In this document: positions 1-18,290 of the stretch, one piece after another
Layout of the letters: every line of letters starts with the position of its first letter
Numbering within the stretch: position 1 is the first letter of the stretch
Assembly: GCF_009914755.1 (NCBI RefSeq)
Contig: NC_060940.1
From: the human T2T-CHM13v2.0 reference genome, Homo sapiens
Strand: one strand, 5' to 3'
DNA: 64,000 bases
Program-made: the position numbers and the translations under genes
Notes under the pieces: model-generated
What the model was told of the DNA's origin: nothing
Database searches by the model: none
What the model saw: the letters and a program-made list of their open reading frames with translations, nothing else

Positions 1-2875
<2,875 letters not shown>

Positions 2876-3859
2876 GGAAGCTGATGTTTAAAATACTGAG
2901 ATCATATAGATGACAGCACCTGAAAAATAGACAACACCAAGCTTTATGTTAAAAGGTGTGAGGGTATCAATATTGTTGTGGCTATTGGGGAGGAAACCAT
3001 TAGTAAAACCAGTAAGTTAAAGCTCTTGCTTTAAACTTTGGCTTTAATTTAACAAATGTTCTATGGAGTGACAGTATGTATGTAACCATGCTATGCCCAT
3101 TCACAGATGCAGTAGAGGGAAGAATTTCTCAAAGACAACTGTTCTAAGACTGAAATTAAACCGTACTGGGTTTGAAAAGAGAAAGTCCAGGAATTACCAA
3201 ATCTTTTAGATATCAGATACAAGAGAATGCCAGGTATGCGATGATAATCAGCAATGGTTGTTCACACAATACATCAAATCAGTATTTGAATTAGCTTTTG
3301 AATTACAAGGACAAATGGATCAAGTCTAGACTCTTTAGTAGATAAATCTTATTAGGCTGAGATGTGTTTTCCCCTGTTTTTCCACAAGGAGATTACAAAT
3401 TGGCAAACCTCAGCTGCTCTCATTTTATCTCACCAGGCCAAAAGCTGAAGTTCATCAATCAGTGTGTCTAAGGGTTCACTGGTTATTACCATTTTGTAGT
3501 TTCAGCTATCTTTCCAACTTCCTACATCATCACTTTCATTTGATCTTGTTTTTTTCCACTATCACTTCTTTATTGACCATATAAAGAATATAAGTAAGTT
3601 CTTATTTTGTTATTGTTCATTTTAGTCTAATTTCATCAAAAGATCACAATCTTTTAATTTCATTTTAATTTCAAAGATTAAATGAAACCTACATAGAAAT
3701 GAGTGTAAGATTTGCATTTGCATTATTTTGGCATCAATTTGCTATCCTCCCTCATGCACATAGAGATCATTTCCATGTACGTGATTTCAAACATCCAAGT
3801 GCAGTATTAAAAGCAGTTGTAAATTATGGTTCTCATTTTCATGATACAATTACAATATA

Positions 3860-4677
<818 letters not shown>

Positions 4678-4764
4678 GACATAATCTGTTTACCTGCAGA
4701 TTAAAGCGTTCTTTATTTTTCTGTCTCCCTGTCTTAATTTTTTTAAAATAATAATATTTGTAGT

Positions 4765-5370
4765 AAAGAGAAAGAAAGAAAAGAAAACAAAGAAAGAAAA
4801 AGAAGGAAGGAAAGAAGGAAGGAACTAAAGAAAGAAGAAAGAAAAGGAGGAAATGAGGGAAGGAAGGGAGGGAGGGAGGAAGGGAGAAAGGCAGGAGGGG
4901 AGAAAAAAGAAAGCATGAACACAAGAAAGAAAGAAGGAAAGAAAGAAAAAGAAAGAGAGAGAGAAAGAAAGAAGGGAGGAAGGAAAGGAGGAAGAGAGAA
5001 TGGTAAAAGGGAAGAAGGCACAGAAACAAAGAAAATAAAGAGGCGAAGGAAGGAAGGAAAAAGAGGAAAGGGAGGGAGGAAGGAAGAAAAGGAGGGCGGG
5101 AGGAAGGGAGAAAAAAGGAAAGAAAGCAAGAAGGCGAGAAAGAAAGAAAGAATATGAGAAAGGAAGGAAGAAAAGGGAGGGAGAAAGGAAGGGAGGGAGG
5201 AGGGAAGGAAGAATAATAGGAAAGAAAGGAAAGAAGGAAGGAAGGAGAAAAAAGAAAAGAAAGAAAGGTAAAGAAAAAAGAAAAGAAAAGGAAGAGGAAA
5301 AGAAGAAAGGAAGAAAGAAGGCAAGGGAAGGGAAGAGAAGAGAAAGGAAGATGGAAAGAAAGAAGGAAAA
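4765..5370 (+). repeat. ~600-bp GA-rich polypurine low-complexity tract
   Basis: Almost exclusively GAAA/GGAA/GGGA words; source of the F/S/L/P-rich spurious ORFs. Confidence 0.95.
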
Positions 5371-6289
5371 ACGCAAATATTAGAAATTCTGGGTTTGTTA
5401 GAGAATATGCCATACTGTTTTTTTTTTCACTTGAAAGGAAAGAGTATCTGCCATTGAAGATTGGATGTCTTTTTGGTGATATTGTTGTTCTTATCTTCCA
5501 CATGATTACTGAGTTAGTGCCTAGTCTTTCCATTTCTAAGACAAAAGTGTTGATGTCGGCAAATATAGTTTCGGATTTTTCTAGTTCACCTTTTATTTCT
5601 TTCCTGTTTTACCTCATGTATTTGGAGGTTCTGTTGTTAGCTGCATACCCTAATTAGTAGGATGTTTACATCTTCTTGAGAATTGATGATTCTATTATCT
5701 ATTATCTCTCATCTCTGATACTATTTCTTGTTCCGAACTCTGTTGTGTCTAATATCAATGTAGTCCTTCCACAGCCTTATTTTAGTGTTTCCATGATATG
5801 GCTTTCTCCATATCTTGATAACCTCTTTATATCTCTATATATTTGGAGCAAGATATAAAATTTAGACTTGATTTTTTAAAGATTTTTCAAGATGTGATTC
5901 TTATTTCTTTTGGTTCTATTTGACATTCTCTGAGTTTCCTATATTTGAAGTTTGATTTTCTGTCACTTCTTTTAGAATATTTTTGGCAGTTATTTTGAAA
6001 AATATTTCTTTTGCTCCATTATTTTTCCCTCTTTTCTTTTTGGGATTTCAATCATAACTAGAGTAGGTAATTTCATCTCAGTCTTATGCAGGTACTTTTT
6101 CTCAGGGTCTCAGGAATGTAGCCTTCTCACACTTCCGTTCTTTTCCTGGCTGTGTTGGTGAGCTCAGTGATATTCCTCCTTCACCTTCAAGAGCAGTTTT
6201 GTTTTGTTTTTCCTGTTTTCATACTCCCAGCATCAGGAGGATCCTAAGTGTGGCAGTTTTTGTTGCCTTCCCCTACATATTAAGTGGAA

Positions 6290-6570
6290 TATCTTGCTCT
6301 ATTTGGACTCTTATAACAAAATAACATAAACCGGGTGACTAAAAAACAACAGATATTTCTTTTTTCACACTTCTTGAGGCTGTAAGATCTCAGGTCAAGA
6401 TGCTCACAAATTCAGTGTTGATGAGAGCCCATTTCATGGTTCATAGGTGGTGCCTGCTTTCTATGTCCTCACATAGTGGAAGGCACACAACAACTCCATT
6501 GAGCTTCTTTTATAAAGGCACTAATCCCATTCATAAGGGCTCGGCCCCCAAGACCTGGTCACCTCCCAAG
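6290..6570 (-). mobile_element. MST/MLT1A MaLR LTR fragment
   Basis: ataacaaaataacataaaccgggtg...tataaaggcactaatcccattcataagggc. Confidence 0.6.
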
Positions 6571-7399
6571 TGTTCTGCTCTCCCTGATCTGTGTCATATA
6601 CAGACTCTCTTGGATTCCTTACCAATTGCTTGAGAGATCGCAGTGGGTTTGTGGGGAAAAAGTTTTCAAGATGATGGATCTTTCCCAACTTCTGCAGCTG
6701 TCAGCGGTCTCCCAATCTCACCAGCCCCACTTTGCCTTTAGGAATTTATTGATTATTCCAGCTTTACTTGTCATAGTGGTGTCTATTTGCATCTGTCCTA
6801 TGTAAGTGCATCCGTCCTCTTTCTCCTTGCAGGTGCTTGTTTTCCCTCACATTTTGACTCAGTTCTTGGCAACCTCGTTGCTATAAAAATAAAGTCATGA
6901 CTTTGAAGTTAGTTTGGGTCTTTCATTGTTGTCAGGTTAGGAACCCTATTCCATCCCAGATCTCCAAAACCCAGACTTTTTGGGGGGTTGAAATTTTAGG
7001 GTTTCTCTTTGAATTGTAGTTTTATCTTCTTTCAGTTACCATTTGCATTTTCATAATGATTAATGAGACTAAGCTTTTTGTGTGTAGTTGACTGTACCTT
7101 TGGATTTTTTCCCAAATACCTTTTTATTTCTTCTTTTCTTTATGGTTTTAGAAAATGTAGTTTACATAATTGCAGCTTGATTTTTTTACTCAGTTAATGG
7201 CATGCCTAATGGAGAGAAAAATATTAAATATATTTCCCTTTTTAATTACTGTGCTTTTTTCTTTTCTAAGGAAATGTTTCATTATGTTAAATTTCAGTGT
7301 TATTCTACTTAGCTATTCCTTAAATATTATAGTATTTTGGATTTCACATGTAAATTTGTAACATATCTGGAGTTTATTATGTATAGAGTAAGGCTATTT

Positions 7400-9329
<1,930 letters not shown>

Positions 9330-9330
<1 letters not shown>

Positions 9331-9761
9331 AGGAGTTAAATTGTTTCCTCTATATAGATGCTGAAATTCTAACCACTGAATATGACCTCATTAGGAAATA
9401 GGTTCTTTGCAGCTGATCAAGTTAAGATACAATCAGATGAGCCTGAATTCAATATGACTGATGTCCTTGTGAAAAGAAGAAATTTGAGTAGAGGGAGACA
9501 TACACACAGGGAGAGTACCATGTGATTATGAGGACAGAGATTAGCCAAGGAATGCCAAAGACTGCCACTAAACCACCAGAAGTGAGAAACAAGGCACAGA
9601 GCAGGCTTCCTCTCATAGCCCTTGAAGGGACCATCCCTGCTGACACCTCAATCTCAGACTTTTAGCTTCCAGGACTATAAGACTATAAGACTATAAATGT
9701 ATGTTGTTCAAGGCACCCAGTTTGTGTTACTTGGTTATGGCAGCCCTAGAAAACTAATACA
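9330..9761 (+). mobile_element. MLT1B/C MaLR LTR
   Basis: ccaaggaatgccaaag...ccaccagaag...ttatggcagccctagaaaactaataca; contains (gactataa)3 at 9673-9696. Confidence 0.75.
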
Positions 9762-11369
9762 TGAACTAATAACAAAGCATAATAACATGAAGCAAAAATT
9801 GACAAAAGAGGAGCATCAGCAAAATGGCAATGGAGACAGCTGCAATCTTTCATTTCCCCACAGAAACATCACACAACTAAGAGAAACTGTCCGAAGAAAC
9901 TTCACCAAAGCTCTGGAAAATGGTCAAAAGATTACAACAACCAAGTGAAAGCAGACTCAAGAAAATGACAACTGGAAAACTTTATGACATTTTTAACTAG
10001 CCTTTGCCCCAGAAAATTGGCAGTCCTGAAGGGTCAGAAGCCCACGTTCCCAGTGAGGAAGCCTGGTCCATGGTCCAAAGGAACAAGAGATCTTACCCGC
10101 AAATTATTATGTGTCTGTTCTGACTATTCTGGGGGATACCTAAAGGACTCATGAAAGGCTTTTTTTTTTCTGTGTTGCTAGAATACAGAACAGATAAGGA
10201 ATGGACATTATTAAGAAACTCTGCAAGGAGACCTAACAAACCACTGATGCTTAGGGCAAAAATTAAAGTTTACACATATAGTAGATCACCTTCAGCACAG
10301 CAAGAAAAGTTGGAGAAGAGTATTTCAAAAACTAAGACATACAAAATCATTCACGTACATGGGAGAGTCTACAAAGTCACATGTATTCATAGGTTAAGCC
10401 ACATGCTGACAAATGTCATAAGAAGATCCTACACTTTTACCTTGGCCGATCCCTCCCCTCAGTGCAACCTCTGTGCAAGAATGAACTTGAACTTCATTCA
10501 GTGCAAGAGTGAACACACACTTTTCTCTGGCTTTAAAGAACCCAGCACAAAGCCAGTCTGCATGGCCTAGAGACATATTTTGCTGGACAATGATTACTTG
10601 CTTTTCTTTTTGTTTTTCTTTTATTTGCCTGTTTCATTGGTTCCTGACATACCGGAAAGTCACTGCCAAAACATTAGCTTAACATTTGTTAAGGAAACAA
10701 AAAGACTTCGGTGACCACACCTTATAAAGCAAATAGTTTTGTAAATCACTTAGGAAAATTTCACTAAAAAAAAAAATCCTTAACAATATAATAAGTAAAG
10801 AAAATTTAAAACCACAAAACATTACTGTGTTTGTAGGGGGGGGTCTGATTTACAGAGTAACCACATAGTAATTATAATTATTAGAATGTCCAGTTTTCAA
10901 AAAACGTTACAAGGCATACAAAGAATGGAAAAGTGTGGCTCATTCGAAGGAACAAAATTAATTGACGGAAAACATCCCTAAGGAAACCCAGACATCAAAC
11001 TTACCAGACAAAGACTTTTAAACAACTCTCTTCATTATACTCAAATGTCAAAAGGAAAACATAAACAAAGAAATAAAGGAATCAGAAAAAATATTAAAAA
11101 GTAGGAATATCAGCAAAGAGATAACAGAAATTCTGGAGTGGAAAACTACAATGATAAAAATTTAAAAATCACCAGAGGGATTTAAGAGTATATTTGCACA
11201 TACAGAAGAAGCCATGAACTTGAAGAGAAGAAAATGGAAAACACTGACTCTCAGAAACAGAAAGAATAAAAAATAAACAATGAGCAGAGACTAATGAATC
11301 TGTGGGACATCATCAAATAGACCAACATTCATATTCTAGAAGGATAAATTATGTTGTTAAAAAGTTTAC

Positions 11370-11520
11370 CATTCTTTCTTTTCACTTTTCTTCCTTCCTC
11401 CTTCCCCCTCCTCCTTTTTACTTTTCTTCCTCTTCCTTTCTCTTCTTCTTTCTCTCCTTCATTATCCCTTTCGCTGTTTCTCTTTCTCCCTTTCTCTTTT
11501 TTCTTTTCTTTCAATTTTCT
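11370..11520 (+). repeat. CT-rich polypyrimidine tract
   Basis: Seen directly. Confidence 0.9.
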
Positions 11521-14500
11521 CAATTACTAAGAGATGTTTAAGTACCCTTACCATGTTAGTAGATACGGTTATTTCTCCCTTTAGTTCTCTTTTGAGATTT
11601 ATAGTCACTCAAATAAAGAGATAACCCAAACATAAGCGTCACAAACAGGCTTTCATACCATTCTTAATTTGGTCCTGTAATTCTTCATTGCTGTATTAAC
11701 TTTCTGATGCTTTTAAGGATGTTTTATAACAAATTGTGTAGCTTTTTCCAATGGAATGTTTATTCTGAATTATCTAATTCATATTGTAAGTATAGAGGGA
11801 GTTTAATATAAAATTATTAAACTAATATTTGTGAAAGAATGTATTTGTGCATTTAACATATATTTTAATCCTCAGACTGTTATTGGGCAGCTGAGCATAC
11901 AGGAATAAAAATAACACAATTTTTATGTGTACAATATTTATGGAATACGTTACTGGACCCAATAAATAATTTAGTTAATAACATGACAAAGAACAGAAAT
12001 TGTATACACTATAGAGCATAGTAATGGAATAATGAATGACTAAAGTTATTAATATTAGGTAGAAAATGAAGGGTATCTTTGAGAGCAGAACTCAAGGAAG
12101 CAAGCAATTCGCCTTAGGAGGAAAGAGTTACCTGTGGATAAAGGAGAAACTGAAAAATTCACAAGTCAAGACTTTTTGAGCAAAAACAAAAATATGACTA
12201 TTAGTCACCAATTCAGTACAGTGAAAAAAAAGTTGAAGAGATATCTTGGAAGTAAACCATGTTGTGGAAGAGCATGTAGGGTTTTGACAATCATGGGATG
12301 ATTCTGAATTAATTTTAAATGCGATAGGAATATATGAGATAATTTCACCAGAGAATAACATGATTGTGTTTGCATTTCAAAGGGGTGTATCTGGTGCACT
12401 GTGTAGAATAAATAGGTTATGTGAGCAAATAAATTGGGAGGCTACTCTCATCCAGAGAAAAAAGGTAGTGACTTAGGTGAGAATGCTGTCAGGATGAGTG
12501 GTAGTAGAGGTGAGAAGTCATTAGGCCATGGATGTATTTCATAGGACTGGCCAAGAGAACTGCAGCTAAATTGGAGTGTAGGGAGTGAAATGGAGAACTC
12601 AAAGATGACTCTCAGCAATGGAAGGTGACAGCTGTCACTGAAGCATGCTGATGCCTCTTATTAAGAGAGTTACTTGGGAATGGCAAGATCAAAACTTCTC
12701 ACTTTCAAATTTATGAAAAATATTGTTTTCAGAACGAATGACTTTGGGATCAGAAAGCCACCATTCTAATTGATGGTTCCACGACTGCACGGGCTCACAC
12801 TCCCAAGAGCAAAAGTAAATCATCACAAAGGTGCTTCTTGATAATTCTAGAGAATGGAGAATTACTGTAACATCTTTCTGATTTTAGGAGAGGTAGCAGT
12901 TCCCTTTTTAGCCTAAACGCTATTTTTTTTTAAAGCTCAGCCAAGAGACTCCATTATAATTTTCAAATGTGTGTAACTTAAATTCTCATATGAAATACCA
13001 CTATGCTTAAATTAGTCAAAACATTTTCCCCATCTACAACTCTATCTTGTCATTGCAATCATTTTCGCAAAAGTGACTGCAGCTCACAGACCCTAAAACG
13101 AGAAAATCCAGGGTAGGTTATCTGATCTAGTTAGTTTCGAAGACAGGATCTAGAGATTATTTAATATGAAACAGGTCACCTGAAATGAAGTGTTTACTGA
13201 AAACAGCTTGGATCAACCCAGTTTTCTACCACTGAACCATGCATTTGGTTTAAAAAACACAACAACTCTGGGGAATATCGGCTGCTTCCAACTGTGTTGA
13301 AGGTGTTAAAGAAAAGGGCATACAATTTAAAATGATCATCTGAGGCCTTTATAGTCTCTGCTCAAGAGACTAGAGTCTTCCATTCTTAACGAAACACCCA
13401 AATATCTTAATAATTGGGCAAAATCTAAATATCAGAGATAATTTTATCTTGAAGATTGTTAAATTATAACGGTGATTCACTACCTTGCCACGTCTCTGAG
13501 TCAAAAATTAGGTCTTTGTTTAGGAATCAATCATAATCTGCAATTTGGAAATAGGAAGATTTTAGAAGACTCAGACATTGACTTTCTTGTGTGCAAAAAA
13601 AAAGATGTATTGAGATAAGACAAGTCTTTCCTTGCAAGGATACCTCTAATGCTCATACACCACCTCCCCTAACGTTAATATAGCTTCCAGGTCACTAACC
13701 AGTGTCAGAGAGCAGCCCATGCAACTAGAAATTCAAAAGATGTCGAACATAGGGTCAAGCTTAGAATAAGACGTCTTAGCTAATTAAGTATGCTTTTTTC
13801 CCGAAATTCATATTAACAAAATCTTGGATATGTCAGAGAATGCATTCTAAGTTCACTCAACCTAGGAGGGAGAAACATAATTTTAAATTAAGAGCTGAAG
13901 CATTCTTGTCCTAACAGAAAGCAAGGAAAACGAAATATCACACCACAGGAGGGATTTCACAAATTAGTGTCAACATCAAAACCTTAAAATAGACAAGGAG
14001 AATGGAGATTCAAATGAACTCTTGTACTTTTGTTCAGAGAAGAGATGGTTCTGAGAGAATGACAGTGAACTCACCCCAGCTGGTTTAGTTGGTGCTTTCA
14101 ACTGCTGCTTCTGATCAACTCCTTTAGCTAGAATAAACTGATGAGGATTTTGGCATGTGGTATTAGCGATGGTTATTAATTTTTTCCTCTTATTTGCATT
14201 GTTCAATATAGTAAATACTAGCTGTATATGGCTACTTCAATTCAAATTAATTACAATGAAATATACTTAAATATTGAATTTTTTAGTCACTCTTGGTTCA
14301 TTATTGAATATCTTCAGCTAAGATTTCCCAACGAAAGACACTAAGAGCTGGCTTAGTTAACTGGTCGTCCACAAATATTGAAGCTGTTGTTAACTCCTGA
14401 TATATTCTCTGCAAAGAGAATATTCATGAGCCTCCTCCTGAAATCAGCAGCCTAGAGATAGTTTTATAAATGGGATACAAGTTGGAAATCTATATACTCT

Positions 14501-15030
14501 TTAAGTGTTTGAAATATTAGCTTCCCAGGGAAGAAAATCAAATTCATAAGATATGTTAGGACAATTTAACTCAAGATGTTCAAAACTGAAATGACATATT
14601 CTACAACATGTGATAAAACCACCCCCTAACAACTTAAAGCAAAACAGGGATGGACCTTAAAGACCTGCCTTTTCCTCATCCCCCAGCCAATCAGTTTTCA
14701 AATCTTGCATTTTATTTTGAAAGGTCCTTATACCCCTGGTCTCTTGTTTCTAGACTTGGCACATATTTAAGTTTGTTACCTCTCTCTACTGACTTTTCTC
14801 TCTTCAAACAGTATCTATGCCTGCCAAATGTGAACATACAAAAAACAAATCAGAATGTGCCATTCTGATTTAAACTGCTTATTAATTAATACCCTCAAGA
14901 TAACATCTGGGTTCTTAGCTTCAATGAGTCAAGCCTACTTACATCTTTTTTTGTCTTTGGCTTCACATTTCCTATCACATCCCATTCCAGCAATGCCAAG
15001 CTGTGCCGGCCTTCTACCCCATCTCCATTA

Positions 15031-15996
15031 TTTTGCCCACCCGCCGCCGCTGCTTTTTGACCCCCCGCCGCCGCGGCTTTTTGCCCCCCCTGCCGCCGCG
15101 GCTTTTTCCCGCCCCGCCGCCGCGGCTTTTTCCCCCCACCGCGCCTCCGCTTTTTGCCCGCCGCGGCTTTTTGCCCCCCAAGCGCCAAGGCTTTTTGACC
15201 ACCGCGGCTTTTTGACCTTCGCCTCTGCGAATTTTGCCGCCGTGGCTTTTTGCCCGCCGCGGCTTTTTCCCCCAACTGGTGCAGCGGCTGTTTGCCCCCT
15301 GCCGCTTTTTGCCCCCCGCCGCTTTTTGCCCCCCCCGCCGCCGCGGCTTTTTCGCTGCCATGGCTTTTTCCCCCCTGCCCCCGCGGCTTTTTACCCGCCG
15401 CGGCTTTTCGCCCCCCCGCCACCGCGGCTTTTCACCAGCCGCAGCTTTTTGTCCCCCGCCGCCGCGGCTTTTTGCCCGCTGCGGCTTTTTGGCCCCCCCA
15501 CCGCCGCGGCTTTTTGCCCCCCGCCGCTTTTTGCACCCCGCCGCCGCCGCGGCTTTTTCCCCCCTGCCCCCGCGGCTTTTTACCCGCCGCGGCTTTTTGC
15601 CCCAACCCCGCCTCGGCTTTTTACCCCCCGCCGCCTCGGCTTTTTGCCCCCACCCTGCCTCGGCTTTTTGACCTCCGCGGCTTTTTTCCTCCCGCCGCCG
15701 CGACTTTTCGCCCTCCGCCGCCGCGGCTTTTTGCCCTTCGCCGCTGCCGCGGCTTTTTTCCCGACCAGGCTTTTTGCCCCACCGCCGACACAGCTTTTTG
15801 CACCCTCGCCGCCATGGCTTTTTGCCGCCGCGGCTTTTTGCCCGCCGTGGCTTTCTGCCCCCACGCCGCCGCGGCTTTTTGTCCCCGCCGCCGCGGCTTT
15901 TTGCTGCCGCGACTTTTTGCCCCCGTCGCCGCCGCTTTTTGCCACCGCGACTTTTTGCCCCCGCCGCCGAGGATTTTTGTCCCCGCCGCCGCGGCT
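15031..15996 (+). repeat. GC-rich minisatellite, ~17-23-bp unit TTTTTG(C)nGCCGCCGCGGC, about 45-50 units
   Basis: Repeated T4-6 tract, C run and palindrome GCCGCGGC; very CpG-dense. Confidence 0.95.
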
Positions 15997-16650
15997 CTGA
16001 GGGCGGGAGCAGCAGACTCGGCTGCCGGCTCTACTGGCGTCCTGGCAAGGGCAGCGACCAGGGGTGCTCCTGGTCCAGCTCTCCTGGCTCAGGGATTCCT
16101 TGCCTAGGCGCCGGCGCCCCGGGCTCCTTGCCTAGGCCCCTGTGGCCTGCATAGAGTGGCGCTGCCTGCGGAGGCGATGGGAGAGAATAAGGAGGGCGGT
16201 GGCGGGGGTGATGCGGCGGCCACGGAGGGTGGCGCAGGGGCTGCGGCCAGCCGGGCGCTGCAGCAGTGCGGGCAGCTCCAGAAGCTCATCGTCATCTTCA
16301 TTGGCAGCCTGTGCGGGCTGTGCACCAAGTGCGCTGTGTCCAATGACCTCACCCAGCAGGAGATACAGACCCTGGAGGTAAGGGGTTCGGGGACCCGGGC
16401 TGGGCTCCAGGAGTGGCCTGGACACCTCCTTCGGGGCCCCAGTTCACTCCTGGCTGAGTTGCATCCTTGAGCCCACGTCACCCCCTTGGAGGCTTCCCCT
16501 CCCTCCTGCACTCGCTGACGCGGCAGCCAGAGGACCCGGGACCAGCCCTCACCTTGGGCAGGATTTGTGGAGCAGGTGCGTGGTGGGAACTGGGATGGAG
16601 GCTCCAGGGTCCCGTGGGGGTGGGGGTGGGCTGCGCGAGGACATCCCCTT
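15997..16650 (+). promoter_or_regulatory. CpG-island-like region around the duplicated KSR1 exon 1 (5'UTR and start of intron 1)
   Basis: High GC and CpG, GC box gggcggg at ~16001, continuous with the GC-rich satellite. Confidence 0.6.
16147..16377 (+). pseudogene. KSR1: Unprocessed KSR1 fragment: coding exon 1 (start of the N-terminal CA1/CC-SAM region) with intact donor
   Basis: Translation (L)[76 protein letters not shown] matches the recalled KSR1 N-terminus [22 protein letters not shown]...[37 protein letters not shown]|GTAAGG donor at 16378. No further KSR1 exon recognised. Confidence 0.92.
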
Positions 16651-17207
16651 ACCCCCTGAATTTCCATCTGGTCCAGCCCTCTCATCTTGTAGGTGAGGAA
16701 ACCGAAGGCCTGAGGGAGAAATGACTTGCCAGGAACCCCTGTTAAGGAAAATTAACAAAGTGTGGTTATTAAAGAAGAACTGAGTTGGGAGTCAGACCTG
16801 GAGGCCCCCACCCTTAGGTAAGACATTATACCACCTTGAGTCTGGCCTGTTGACTGAGGGTGAGCCACTCCATCCTCATGTGATTGTGGGGTCTTAACCT
16901 CAAGGGGTTTCCTGCAGGAAGAAGCAAATGGGTTTGCTTTCCTAGCTCTGTCCAGTACGTTAGGGACCCTGAGGACTGAAGGGATTCTTGGAGAGCCATC
17001 TGGTGTATGTCATGGGTGGGTCTTTTTTGAAGGTCAGTCTGCCCAGTGGGCTGGCTCAGCCCGAATGAACTGTCTTGAATCTTTGGAGTTGTCTGTGTAC
17101 TTTTAAGGGCTTCTCAGCTGTGCCCCAAAAGATCCCCCTGGAAATTAGGTGGGAAAAACCTTAACTTTTGTGGGGCCCTGTGTTTGTCTTAAAAGTTCAT
17201 GCACATA

Positions 17208-17466
17208 GCCAGGTGTGGTGGCTCCCACCTGTTATCCTTTCCTGGATCCCTTGAGTCAAGGAGTTTGAGACCAACCCGGACAATATAGTGAGACCCCATC
17301 TCTACAAAAAAGAAAATATTAGCCAGGGGTGGTTGTGCGCATCTGTAGTCCCAGCTACTACTGTGGCTGAGGCGGGAGGAGCACTTGATCCTGCACTGAG
17401 CTGTGATCTCACCAGTGTACTCCAGCCTGGGCCACAGAGCAAGACCGTGACTCAAAAAAAAAAAAA
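17208..17466 (+). mobile_element. AluJ-like, internally deleted
   Basis: Degenerate Alu dimer with A tail. Confidence 0.8.
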
Positions 17467-17587
17467 GACAAGAAAAATTCTTCAACATTTTGCATTCTGT
17501 CCCACTATCCATTGGTTTTCATGTCAAGATTATGTCAGAAATTCTTTACAATTGCTTCCAGAAGGAGTAGCCTTTTGATCTAGTGCA

Positions 17588-17775
17588 CAGGTGTCCAGTC
17601 TTTTGGCTTCTCAGGGCCACATTGGAAGAAGAATGCTCCTGGGCTGCACATAAAATACACTAATGCTAACAACAGCTGATGAGGTTAAAAAAAAAAAAAA
17701 GGTTTGTGCATAATTTTCATGCTACCCACCACCACAGATAGGTGGAAAAGTCCTTGTAGTCAAAGGGTTGGACAC
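17588..17775 (+). mobile_element. MER30-like hAT DNA transposon
   Basis: gtgtccagtcttttggcttc...ggccacattggaagaagaa...caaagggttggacac, with terminal inverted similarity. Confidence 0.7.
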
Positions 17776-18139
17776 GGCTGATCTAGTGTCTTGTCGTCAG
17801 TTTTGGCTTTCTCCCTGATTCCAGAATGCAGGTAGAGATAACATGGTCTCAGGACAGCTGTTGAGATAAAAAAATTCGTTGTCATTTATTCCCAAGCACA
17901 GCTGTTTCTCATTGCATTGAAAAAGTCTCCATTCAAACTGCTGTCACATATAAAATCTACTTATGTAAGTCTGTATATTTCTGTTGTCTTGGCCTTTGTA
18001 GGCAGTAGTGTGTTTTAACCGAGCAAACTGTCCTTCCAAATAATGAAGCCGAAGTCAGCCTACCTACTTTCCATTTTTCTTCCCCTTCCATTTTTGTAAC
18101 CTCAGAATAATTGTAAGAATGAATTAAGATTTGTGTTTA

Positions 18140-18290
18140 AGGCCAGACACAGTGTCTCAGGCCTGCATTCTCAGCACTTTGGGAGGCGGAGACAGCTGTA
18201 TCGCTTGAGCTCAGGAGTTGAAGACCAGCCTGGGCAACATACTGAGACTCGGTCTTGTATAATTTAATTAAAATTGAAAAAAAGAAGATA
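18140..18290 (+). mobile_element. Alu monomer (FLAM-like)
   Basis: Single arm ggccagacacagtg...accagcctgggcaacat. Confidence 0.7.

Noticed and set aside
15031-15996. GC palindrome plus T-run resembling bacterial intrinsic terminators
   Set aside because: The context is primate DNA (Alu, L1) and the palindromes have no loop; there is no prokaryotic gene context.
14855-16154. Long Pro/Arg/Ala-rich ORFs (381, 285 aa and others) and a possible fusion to KSR1 exon 1
   Set aside because: They are stop-free because of satellite composition and are open in several frames on both strands. The ORF in frame with KSR1 (15250..16107) stops at TAG 40 bp before the KSR1 CTG.
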